This document shows, piece by piece, positions 48,220 to 56,911 of a stretch of 64,000 nt of DNA. Position numbers and translations under genes: made by a program. Below the pieces are notes generated by a model. The model was not told the DNA's origin, searched no databases, and saw nothing but the letters and a program-made list of their open reading frames with translations. Where the stretch lies: positions 1,696,001-1,760,000 of the forward strand of contig OY760686.1 in assembly GCA_963663865.1 (NCBI GenBank), read 5' to 3'. This DNA is from Spirochaetota bacterium (GTDB lineage Bacteria > Spirochaetota > UBA4802 > UBA5550). Position 1 is the first letter of the stretch, and each line of letters opens with the position of its first letter.

Positions 48220-49170
48220 CTATGTTTTAGGCGTCTGCTGAACGGTCAATCCGTTTTTGTCCGGCTTGTCCTTAAAGGCGTAGACGGTCATTGAGCTTGT
48301 AAGACAAAAGCTTCCAAACCGGATTTTGCTCTTGATGTGATAAAAGGCTATTCTGAACCAGGCAGAGTAGTCCCGCAGGCTTTTAAATGAGCCTCTTGAT
48401 TTTTTGAGCTTTGGAATGAGGCCAAAGTCAACGGGATGAAAGACCTTGATTCGGCTGAAGCCGGCTGTCTTGAGGGCCCGCGAGAGGCTGCTCTTTGTGA
48501 AATAAGACAGGTGGCCGGGAAGGTAATATCCGTATGCCTTTCCCTCTCTCCTGGCCTGGCGGCCCGCCATGTTCGCGGTCTGAATGACAAGGACACCGCC
48601 CGGACGCAGAAGGCTGAAGCACGACCTGATGGCCGCGGCCGGGTCCTTGATGTGTTCAATCACCTCGATCATGGTTATAACTGAAAAGAAATTGTGCTCA
48701 AAAGGGCAGTCTTCAAGCGTTCCTGTGTGGACCCGGCCGCCTGAGTATTCTGCGGCAGCCTCTGACGAATATAGAGAAAGCTCAATTCCGAACGGTGAGT
48801 AGTAAGCGGCAGCAGCCTTCATCAACCCTCCGAATGAAGCCCCTACGTCCAGAAAGCTGCCTGATTTGACGTATTGATGAATTGACTTGATTCTCGCGTT
48901 GTAGACGAAGTCGAAGAACCTGCGCCCCTTCCTTTCGTCGAGATAGGAGTAGTCCGCCCTGCCGGTGTAGTAATCTTCGGAGTAGAATGACCTTATTACC
49001 GAGTCCGTAAAGGCCGGGTTCATGAAGATGAAACCGCATTTCAAACACCTGTCCACCTTGAATGTGGGGACGGCTCTGTCAATGCTGTGATGATTTTCCG
49101 TAGCTGCGCTCCCGCAGAGAGGGCATGCTGTCCGCGGCAGGTCAAAAAGCCCTGAAGCCTGAATAGTCAT
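48220..49170 (-). CDS. Class I SAM-dependent methyltransferase with N-terminal Zn finger
   Basis: CPLC...CLKCG, LDVGASFG, EVIEHI, LRPGG. Confidence 0.88.
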   Translation of the reverse strand: MTIQASGLFDLPRTACPLCGSAATENHHSIDRAVPTFKVDRCLKCGFIFMNPAFTDSVIRSFYSEDYYTGRADYSYLDERKGRRFFDFVYNARIKSIHQYVKSGSFLDVGASFGGLMKAAAAYYSPFGIELSLYSSEAAAEYSGGRVHTGTLEDCPFEHNFFSVITMIEVIEHIKDPAAAIRSCFSLLRPGGVLVIQTANMAGRQARREGKAYGYYLPGHLSYFTKSSLSRALKTAGFSRIKVFHPVDFGLIPKLKKSRGSFKSLRDYSAWFRIAFYHIKSKIRFGSFCLTSSMTVYAFKDKPDKNGLTVQQTPKT

Positions 49171-49393
49171 TTGTTCTCCGGACAGTGGCAGAAAAAGATG
49201 AGGTCTATATTGGTTGACATGATATGTGATTATCTCTAAAATGCCTTTAGGTTTTGTGTTATAATTAAGAACGCATTAAATAATCAGTCAAATAAAAATT
49301 GAAAATAGCCGCAGTATTTAACGATAATCACGGTAATAAATGAAAACACTCATTCTTGGAATATATTTGAACTGTAAACTCTGCAAAAAAAAA

Positions 49394-50968
49394 ATGAAAA
49401 CGCCATTAATTGCGATGCTGCTTTTATCGGCCATGCTTGCGCCTGCATCGTGCAAATACAGGGGGCGTCCGGATTTGAGAGAAACGCTCCGTATGCAGCT
49501 TCCGGCCGAGCCGGATACTCTCAATCCCATAACCGCCACAGACGCCTATTCATCTACCATTAACGGCCACATATACGAAACTCTTCTCGAAAGGAATAAC
49601 GATACACTTGATCTTGAGCCATGCCTGGCAGAACGTTGGAAAATCTCACCTGATAAAACGAGATTCAGGTTCTACCTGAAGAAGGACGTCCTCTGGAGCG
49701 ACGGAAAGCCCTTTACAGCCGACGATGTTGTCTATTCGTACAGGACTATTATGGACCCGCGGACCGCCTGCGCTTCTCTAAAGGTGTATGTGAAGGACAT
49801 CAAGTCGTGCGTAATAATTGATAAATACACGGTTGAATTTACCTATGCGTCGCCGTTTTTTCTTGCTCTCGAATACTGCGGAACAATGCCGGTAGTCCCG
49901 AAACATATATTTGACGACGGTTCGAACTTCAATGAGCATGTTAACAACAGGAAACCTGTCGGCACCGGCCCGTACCGCTTCAGCGTTTGGAATACTGCAG
50001 AGAAGATTGAACTCGTAAGAAATGAAAGGTACAGGGGCGACAAGCCCGAGATCAGCCGAATCGTCTACAGAATAGTACCCGAACCGAGCGTGGCCCTGCA
50101 GATGCTGAAAAAGGGCGACCTGGATGTAATGGGGCTTCGCGATATACAGTGGGCCAGGCAGACCGGCTCTGAACGCTTTCAGAGTATGTTTTATAAGCTA
50201 AAATACTACCGCCCTAATTACAGCTATATTGGATGGAATTCACGCAGAGATATGTTTTCGGATAAAAGGGTCAGAAGGGCCATGACCCATCTTATTAACA
50301 GGAAGGACATACTCGGCAAGCTGCTTTTTGGAAACGGAGAGATTGTAACCGGAAACTTCTATATATTCAGCCGCTACTATGACCGGTCAATTGAGCCGTG
50401 GCCGTATGATGAGAAAAAGGCGCGCCTGCTGCTTGGCGAAGCAGGCTGGCGCGACAGTGACGGCGACGGGATACTCGATAAAAACGGCAGGAAGTTTTCT
50501 TTTACCTTCACGATATCCTCCGGCAGCAAGTTTTCAGAGAGACTCGCTACAATACTCAAGGAGGACTTTCAGCGCTCCGGTATTGAGATGAATATTAACC
50601 GCTACGAATGGGCGGTATTCATTCAAAAAATCCAAAAGAAGGATTTTGACGCCACCACATTGGCGTGGAGTCTGGGATATTCAAGCGACCCCTACCAGCT
50701 ATGGCACTCGTCGCAGATCGCGAGCGGGTCAAACTACTGCAGCTTTTCCAACAGGGAGGCTGACCGCATAATAGAGGCGGCCAGAAAGGAATTCAATGAC
50801 TCCAAGCGTGAAAAGATGTACAGACGCTTTCATGAGATACTTCATGAGGAGCAGCCGTACACTTTCCTGTTCTGTACGCCCGCGCTTTCAGCCGTCAGCA
50901 GGCGATTTGACAACGTTAAGGTTCACACCACAGGTCTTGAAATCAGGGAGTGGAGGATTGCTGAATGA
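49394..50968 (+). CDS. oppA: Peptide ABC transporter substrate-binding lipoprotein
   Basis: Lipobox PAS-C, EPDTLNP, LAERW, WSDGKPFTADDV, PVGTGPY, DKRVRRAM. Confidence 0.92.
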   Translation: MKTPLIAMLLLSAMLAPASCKYRGRPDLRETLRMQLPAEPDTLNPITATDAYSSTINGHIYETLLERNNDTLDLEPCLAERWKISPDKTRFRFYLKKDVLWSDGKPFTADDVVYSYRTIMDPRTACASLKVYVKDIKSCVIIDKYTVEFTYASPFFLALEYCGTMPVVPKHIFDDGSNFNEHVNNRKPVGTGPYRFSVWNTAEKIELVRNERYRGDKPEISRIVYRIVPEPSVALQMLKKGDLDVMGLRDIQWARQTGSERFQSMFYKLKYYRPNYSYIGWNSRRDMFSDKRVRRAMTHLINRKDILGKLLFGNGEIVTGNFYIFSRYYDRSIEPWPYDEKKARLLLGEAGWRDSDGDGILDKNGRKFSFTFTISSGSKFSERLATILKEDFQRSGIEMNINRYEWAVFIQKIQKKDFDATTLAWSLGYSSDPYQLWHSSQIASGSNYCSFSNREADRIIEAARKEFNDSKREKMYRRFHEILHEEQPYTFLFCTPALSAVSRRFDNVKVHTTGLEIREWRIAE

Positions 50969-51966
50969 AGCGCTATCTGGCTAAAAGGCTCCTGCTTATT
51001 ATACCGACTTTTCTCGGAATAACGCTTGTAACGTACGCCATGGTCAGGCTGGCCCCGGGTGATTACACTTCGATTAAAGCCGGCATGGAGGGAGCTCTCA
51101 AAGCCGGGGCAGTAGGGGAGGATATACTCAACGAGGAGAGAAAGCTCTACGGTCTAGACAGGCCTGTTATTGAGGGCTACGCGGAGTGGCTTGTAAAGTT
51201 CGTGAGGTTCGATCTGGGCACGTCGCGTAAGGACGGAAGGCCCGTATCGGTCAGGATAATGGAAACCCTTCCTGTTACCATGACGCTGAGCTTTCTCACT
51301 ATCATCATAATATATATTGTTTCAATCCCGCTGGGCATATTCACGGCGGTGAGGAAGGACGGGCTCTTCGACAGGGCAACGAGCCTCGTCTTGTTCCTGC
51401 TTTATTCGCTTCCTTCTTTCTGGATAGCTCTGCTGCTTCTGATGTATCTCTCCGGCGGTGAATACCTCAACCTGTTCCCGCTTGGCGGGCTGCACACTGA
51501 AGGGGCCGAAAGCGCCGGCATTCTGGCGAGGTTTGCCGATACGGCCTATCATCTCGTGCTGCCTCTGGTAACGCTTACCTACGGCGGCTTTGCTTTCCTG
51601 TCACGTTACACGAGAGCGAACATGCTTGAAGTCATAAATCAGCAGTACATTACTACGGCGAAGGCGAAGGGGCTGTCCAACTACAAGGTGGTTTTTGTGC
51701 ACGCGTTCAGAAACTCTCTGATACCGCTTGTAACCCTGATGGCGTCGCTCCTCCCGGGGTTGATTGGCGGAAGCGTAATCGTCGAGTCAATTTTCGCCAT
51801 TCCCGGAATGGGCAGACTCGGCTTTGAGGCCATCGGAACCAGAGACATCCCTGTGATTATGGCAATATCGGCAATATCCGCGCTGCTTACGCTCGCGGGC
51901 ATACTGCTTTCTGATCTGACATACGCCCTTGTTGATCCGAGAATCAGGCTTGGGGGAAAATCATGA
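50965..51966 (+). CDS. oppB: Peptide ABC transporter permease
   Basis: KRLLLIIPT, DLGTS, YITTAKAKGL EAA motif, VDPRIR. Confidence 0.93.
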   Translation: MKRYLAKRLLLIIPTFLGITLVTYAMVRLAPGDYTSIKAGMEGALKAGAVGEDILNEERKLYGLDRPVIEGYAEWLVKFVRFDLGTSRKDGRPVSVRIMETLPVTMTLSFLTIIIIYIVSIPLGIFTAVRKDGLFDRATSLVLFLLYSLPSFWIALLLLMYLSGGEYLNLFPLGGLHTEGAESAGILARFADTAYHLVLPLVTLTYGGFAFLSRYTRANMLEVINQQYITTAKAKGLSNYKVVFVHAFRNSLIPLVTLMASLLPGLIGGSVIVESIFAIPGMGRLGFEAIGTRDIPVIMAISAISALLTLAGILLSDLTYALVDPRIRLGGKS

Positions 51967-52943
51967 GGGGCGGTTACTGGCATGGCGTATGGGAAAAATT
52001 CGGACAGAACAGGCTGGCTAAGGCCGGGTTCTATGTCGTGCTGTTTCTGTTCTTCATTGCGATATTTGCCCCGTTTCTTGCGGGCAATAAACCCTTCGTT
52101 TATGTTTCGGATGAGGCGACGTATTTCCCGTTTTTTGTGGACTATGAGGAGTTTGCCGATACGGACTTCAGAAGTGACGATGCCGCCGGTTTTAAAATAT
52201 TTCCTCCAGTGAGATATTCGCCCTCTGAGTACGATCTGGACAATGTCGTGACCGGCCCGTCATCAGAGCACTATCTCGGGACCGATGAGCAGGGAAGAGA
52301 CCTCGCCTCCAGAATGATTCACGGTACAAGGGTATCCATCTTTGTTGGGTTTATAGCTGTATCTATCTACGTCTTTATCGGGATAATAATTGGGGCTGCT
52401 GCCGGGTATTACGGCGGAATGGTTGACCTTGTAATATCAAGAATAATTGAGATTGTCATGTGTTTCCCCACATTCTTTCTGATTCTCACCATATTGGCCC
52501 TCTGGGGTCCCGGGCTTGTGAGCGTTATGGTCGTTATCGGGATTACCGGCTGGACAGGAATCGCCCGGATAGTGCGGGGGGAATTTATCAGGCTCAGAGA
52601 GTCCGATTTCGTCACAGCGTCAAAGGCCGTCGGAGCGCGGGACTTTTCCATAATCTTCAGGCATATCCTGCCGAATTCACTTGCCCCGGTGCTTGTCTCG
52701 GCAACTTTCGGAATCGCCTCTACGATACTCATTGAGTCTTCATTGAGCTTTCTGGGTTTCGGTGTCCAGCCTCCAACCCCGAGCTGGGGGGATATTCTGT
52801 CGCAGTCACGGGACTTCATGGACTTTGCCTGGTGGCTGACGGTCATTCCAGGCCTCGCAATATTTTTAACCATTACTGCGTATAATCTCGTCGGCGAAGG
52901 CCTTCAGGACGCGCTTGATCCAAAAAGGGGGGCGAGAAGGTGA
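51963..52943 (+). CDS. oppC: Peptide ABC transporter permease
   Basis: LGTDEQGRD, FVTASKAVGA, HILPN, ESSLSFLGFG, GLQDALDP. Confidence 0.93.
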   Translation: MRGGYWHGVWEKFGQNRLAKAGFYVVLFLFFIAIFAPFLAGNKPFVYVSDEATYFPFFVDYEEFADTDFRSDDAAGFKIFPPVRYSPSEYDLDNVVTGPSSEHYLGTDEQGRDLASRMIHGTRVSIFVGFIAVSIYVFIGIIIGAAAGYYGGMVDLVISRIIEIVMCFPTFFLILTILALWGPGLVSVMVVIGITGWTGIARIVRGEFIRLRESDFVTASKAVGARDFSIIFRHILPNSLAPVLVSATFGIASTILIESSLSFLGFGVQPPTPSWGDILSQSRDFMDFAWWLTVIPGLAIFLTITAYNLVGEGLQDALDPKRGARR

Positions 52944-53896
52944 CGGCTCTGAGCAGGGGTTACTTTGCCGGCAGGCCGGCTGTTTGCCGTCCCGCTATGC
53001 TTTTTCTGATTGCGATGTTGTCGGGCCTGTCCTGTTTGGGACTTTCGGGCATTCAGAATGACCCCGGCTATATCCCCCGTGAAACCGCTGTTCCGGGCTG
53101 GAAGATTGTTTCAGCACATTTTGTGAGAGGCAAAAGCCCGCTGCCGCAGGAATTTGCGGATATCGATTCCGGAAGTGTTGTTTCTGTTTCCAACGCTGTC
53201 TACAGCCCGTATCCTGAACCTGAAATCGAAGTGAGGCTGTGCGTAGTTGAGTTTAATCACAGTCTTGAGGCTCTGAATTTCTTTTCGCTGTTTCTCTGGG
53301 GAAAAAAGGACGTGGTCTTTAGAGGATTGGGCCGAGCTGTGTTTGATGATGGAATCATATCGGTAAAAGGGAGGTTCTGTACGGCAGTATTCGGCATCGT
53401 CCCTTCCATGAGGTTTGTGAACGGAACTGATTCAATTGTTGATGCCGCTGAAAAGAATCTGACTTTTAACGAATCTGACAGAATGCCGGGCTATACGGAA
53501 CTTTTTAGCAGAGGCGATAATTCTCCGCTTTTTTTCTTCAGCGGCGGTATTGAAAATTTGCCTTCCTTGAAACAGTGCTTTGTCAGAAGAATAGTCTTTT
53601 CAGGTGATGAGAGGCATGTTTTCTTTAAAAAGCTTGCAAATGAGGAAGAAGCCTCCATAGTGTTTATGAGGCTAATCTCGCGGCAAAGCGGTTTTTCCAT
53701 GACTATGGCAGGCGGTACACAGGTGCTTGTCAGAGGTTCAGATAAGGGAATCTATACGGCCGTTTTCAGTTTCAGAGATTACATAGCCGGCGTTATGGAT
53801 GCTCGGTCTCTGGCTGAGGCTTCCGGTATCATAAGAACGCTGGTTGAGCCGGTTAATATTACAAAGCCTGTTCCGGAGACACGATATGCAGATTAA
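52940..53896 (+). CDS. Hypothetical protein, possible lipoprotein
   Basis: 318-aa ORF overlapping both neighbours; LSGLS-C lipobox-like. Confidence 0.6.
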   Translation: MTALSRGYFAGRPAVCRPAMLFLIAMLSGLSCLGLSGIQNDPGYIPRETAVPGWKIVSAHFVRGKSPLPQEFADIDSGSVVSVSNAVYSPYPEPEIEVRLCVVEFNHSLEALNFFSLFLWGKKDVVFRGLGRAVFDDGIISVKGRFCTAVFGIVPSMRFVNGTDSIVDAAEKNLTFNESDRMPGYTELFSRGDNSPLFFFSGGIENLPSLKQCFVRRIVFSGDERHVFFKKLANEEEASIVFMRLISRQSGFSMTMAGGTQVLVRGSDKGIYTAVFSFRDYIAGVMDARSLAEASGIIRTLVEPVNITKPVPETRYAD

Positions 53897-54989
53897 TGTT
53901 GAACAGATAATCCTCAATTCTCTCCGAAAGCTAAACGAGGAGAACTCATTGAGGCTGATGGCCCTTCTTAATATTCTGCATCTTAACATCGATGTTCTTC
54001 TGAATAAGTCGATTGAATGGTTCGGTGATAATCCGCCAGACGAGTTCCGTTCAGTTCTCAACTCCCTGATAGTACTTACTACGTCGTTTCTTGAGGGAGG
54101 CGATGTCGAGGATTTTCTGTCCGAACAGGATCCGGAGCTTGTTGAGGTATCGGGGCTTGTTGAGGAGCTTATACACGACGCCGGTCAGCTTTTCGGATTT
54201 GAAAAGGAAGTCCTTGTGTTTGACAGGCATCCGGCCTCCTGGATCATGGTGCCCAAGAGGGAATTTAGAAAGTCCTTAAACGACATATTGCTTGTATTCC
54301 GCCCCTTCATGTCCATGGACACGTCATGTACCTTCTCTGTTTCCGAGAACAAGACAAATCTTGTTATAAAAATCAACTATGAGCGTCTCTCTTCTTCTTT
54401 CCCCGGTATTAGAAATATTCAGAAACCTTTTTTTTCATATACTGTCGAGCCTGATGAGGTGAAGAAGATTGGGATGGGGCTCATTTCAGCCACATCGGGC
54501 CTCAGCGAGATGGGCGCGGTTGTGCAGCTTAAGCCGCTGCATGGCGGAAACAGCTGTCAGATTACAATTACGTTCCCTTCGATGGAATTCCTTGAAACGA
54601 TGGCGCATGTAAGAGAGGACAACAAAAAGCATCAGACATCGAGACCAGTTCAGACAGGGACAACCGGTACAGTATTGATTGCGGTATCCGACCTTATTGT
54701 TGAAATGATTCTCTCTGAGGTCCTCACTGAATCCGGTTACAGCGTCAAACGCGTAAGTCCCAAGGATATTGCCGGTCTAATCGAAGAAACGGACACAAAA
54801 GGCCTGGTCATTGATCACAGTTCTGTTTCCGCGGCAGCCGAAGTAATTGCCCCGGCATGTAAGTCCGGTCTTAAGACAGTTGTGCTACACGAAACAGATA
54901 TTGCCGGAGAAGAGGCTCTTGAGGGAGCCCGTTATTTCAGGAAGCCCATCGAATTGGAGAGCATAGTCGGTTTCCTGAAAGGAGACTGA
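53886..54989 (+). CDS. Hypothetical protein with degenerate HATPase-like and receiver-like domains
   Basis: IQKPFFS..IGMGL...MGA.V (G-box-like); C-terminal VLIA...LTESGY.V...FRKP receiver-like. Confidence 0.6.
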   Translation: MQINVEQIILNSLRKLNEENSLRLMALLNILHLNIDVLLNKSIEWFGDNPPDEFRSVLNSLIVLTTSFLEGGDVEDFLSEQDPELVEVSGLVEELIHDAGQLFGFEKEVLVFDRHPASWIMVPKREFRKSLNDILLVFRPFMSMDTSCTFSVSENKTNLVIKINYERLSSSFPGIRNIQKPFFSYTVEPDEVKKIGMGLISATSGLSEMGAVVQLKPLHGGNSCQITITFPSMEFLETMAHVREDNKKHQTSRPVQTGTTGTVLIAVSDLIVEMILSEVLTESGYSVKRVSPKDIAGLIEETDTKGLVIDHSSVSAAAEVIAPACKSGLKTVVLHETDIAGEEALEGARYFRKPIELESIVGFLKGD

Positions 54990-54993
54990 TCAG

Positions 54994-55656
54994 TTGGTAT
55001 ACTTCGTCGGGGACATTCACGGGTGTTACCGCTGCCTGAGGTCTTTGCTTGTGAAGCTTGAAAAAGATTCTTCCCGTGAGGACATGTTTGTTTTTCTGGG
55101 GGATTATATCGACAGGGGTAGGTTTTCCTTTGAGGTAATCGAAAGGCTTATTGAATTTGCCGGCACCAGGAACTGTGTTTTTATTAAAGGAAATCATGAG
55201 GATATGCTGCTGAACTACGCCTCAGGCCGGGGCGGCTCAGCTGTTTTCAGGTACAACGGGGGAGATTCCACTCTGCTTAGCTATCGGAAGCACATGGGCG
55301 GGTTCTCGTTCCCTGATGAGCATAGATCTTTCTTTGAGTCTCTCAGGCTTTATTTCGAGGGAGATGATTTTATTGCTGTACACGCGGGCTTGAATCCGCT
55401 TGTTGAAACTGTCGAGTCTCAGACGGAATTTGATTTGCTGTGGATAAGGGAACCGTTTTATCAATCAAACAGGGTTTGGGATAAAACGGTATTTTTTGGA
55501 CATACTCCGACAGTATTTATCTCGGGAAAGACCGGCGTGTTTATAGACAGAAAGCGCCGTCTTGTCGGAGTCGACAACGGAGTACATCTCGGCCACCCGC
55601 TGGCCTGCGTGCGATGGCCTGACATGAAAGTTTTTTACAGCGATGCGGAGAATTGA
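54994..55656 (+). CDS. Calcineurin-like (PPP family) Ser/Thr phosphatase
   Basis: GDIHG, GDYIDRG, GNHE, VHAG, LLWIR, FGHTP, VDNG. Confidence 0.92.
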   Translation: MVYFVGDIHGCYRCLRSLLVKLEKDSSREDMFVFLGDYIDRGRFSFEVIERLIEFAGTRNCVFIKGNHEDMLLNYASGRGGSAVFRYNGGDSTLLSYRKHMGGFSFPDEHRSFFESLRLYFEGDDFIAVHAGLNPLVETVESQTEFDLLWIREPFYQSNRVWDKTVFFGHTPTVFISGKTGVFIDRKRRLVGVDNGVHLGHPLACVRWPDMKVFYSDAEN

Positions 55657-55658
55657 TT

Positions 55659-56804
55659 ATGAAAATCCTTTTGACCGGTAAACTGACTGCGGTTGCTCTG
55701 CTGCTCGTTCTGATCAGTTCCGCGGGCGGCAGGGAAACTGCCTATAAAATATACGCATCAATAGAGGCGGTTAGAAAGGGCAATCTGGTAACACTGGCCT
55801 TTACGGAAAAGCCTGCTGTTTCGAAGTATTACATTATCGACGGTGTAAAAGCTCAGGGAGAGGTCTCTCTGCTGTCGAGCGAGAAAACTGATACAGGTTA
55901 CAGAGTACTTGCTGTGTACAGGGTCTACAGCGGGCCTGAAGCGAAAGTCGTTCAGGCCGGGCGCCGCATCGCGCTTTCAGAAACACCGGCTCTTTACAGG
56001 AGAGATTTCTCAAGCCCCTATGTCACCGAAAAACCAGAATATCGGGAAAAGATAATATCCCCCATAGATAAAAGAGAAATGATACTTATTCCTGAGGGTA
56101 AATTTGTTTTCGGATCGAATAGTGGAGCCAGAGATGAGTTTCCGCAGTCTGAGAGGTTTGCGGGCTTCTTTTATATTGACAGGTATGAGGTTTCGAATTC
56201 AGACTATATGAATTTTGTAAGGTCAGCCAGAGCTCCGCTGCCACGCTCATGGGCTAAAGACGGATATCCTGACGATAAAGCCAGTTGCCCTGTAATGGTC
56301 ACCTTGCACGAGGCTGAGGCGTATGCCAGGTGGGCTGGCAAGCGTCTTCCAAGTGAAATTGAGTGGGAAAAAGCTGCCAGAGGGTTTTCAGGAAATCTAT
56401 ATCCATGGGGTAACGAGTTTGAACCGGGCAGGGCTAACTCGATGGAGCTGTGGGCCGATGAGAAGGGGCTTGCTGATTTGCAAAAAAAGTACGGCAGCGC
56501 TGAGCCTTCTCCGCTGCCCGTAGATTCATTTGTTCCCGAAGGGGATTCTCCGTTCGGGATCGCCAACATGGCCGGAAACGCGCCTGAATGGACCTCTGAC
56601 TGGTACAGAGCTTATGAAGGGAATACTCAGAAGAACGAAAAATTCGGGAACCGCTACAGAGTGGTTAGAGGCGGTGGATGGTTTCACTGGAAGGATATGC
56701 TGCGGTCTGTAGACAGAAATCCGTCGGGTATTCCAAACCTCTACAGGGACAACTCGGCCGGCTTCAGGTGTGTTAAAGAGGTGTCAAACGTTGATGAGGA
56801 ATAG
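55659..56804 (+). CDS. Formylglycine-generating enzyme (SUMF1)-domain protein, exported
   Basis: IPEGKFVFG, DRYEVSN, RLPSEIEWEKAARG, YPWG, MAGN..EW, RGGGW, GFRC. Confidence 0.9.
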   Translation: MKILLTGKLTAVALLLVLISSAGGRETAYKIYASIEAVRKGNLVTLAFTEKPAVSKYYIIDGVKAQGEVSLLSSEKTDTGYRVLAVYRVYSGPEAKVVQAGRRIALSETPALYRRDFSSPYVTEKPEYREKIISPIDKREMILIPEGKFVFGSNSGARDEFPQSERFAGFFYIDRYEVSNSDYMNFVRSARAPLPRSWAKDGYPDDKASCPVMVTLHEAEAYARWAGKRLPSEIEWEKAARGFSGNLYPWGNEFEPGRANSMELWADEKGLADLQKKYGSAEPSPLPVDSFVPEGDSPFGIANMAGNAPEWTSDWYRAYEGNTQKNEKFGNRYRVVRGGGWFHWKDMLRSVDRNPSGIPNLYRDNSAGFRCVKEVSNVDEE

Positions 56805-56826
56805 CAATTTTAAAATATTCTAAAGC

Positions 56827-56880
56827 TTGTTCACAAAGTTATCAACAATTGTTGATAACTTCTCGGGCGCATGTTGATAA
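56827..56880. promoter_or_regulatory. Cluster of DnaA-box-like 9-mers with a perfect 26-bp palindrome
   Basis: TTGTTCACA 56827, TTATCAACA 56839, TGTTGATAA 56850 and 56872; palindrome AAGTTATCAACAATTGTTGATAACTT at 56836-56861. Confidence 0.5.
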
Positions 56881-56911
56881 ATAGATATTTCCGATAATTG
56901 AGGCGGATTGA

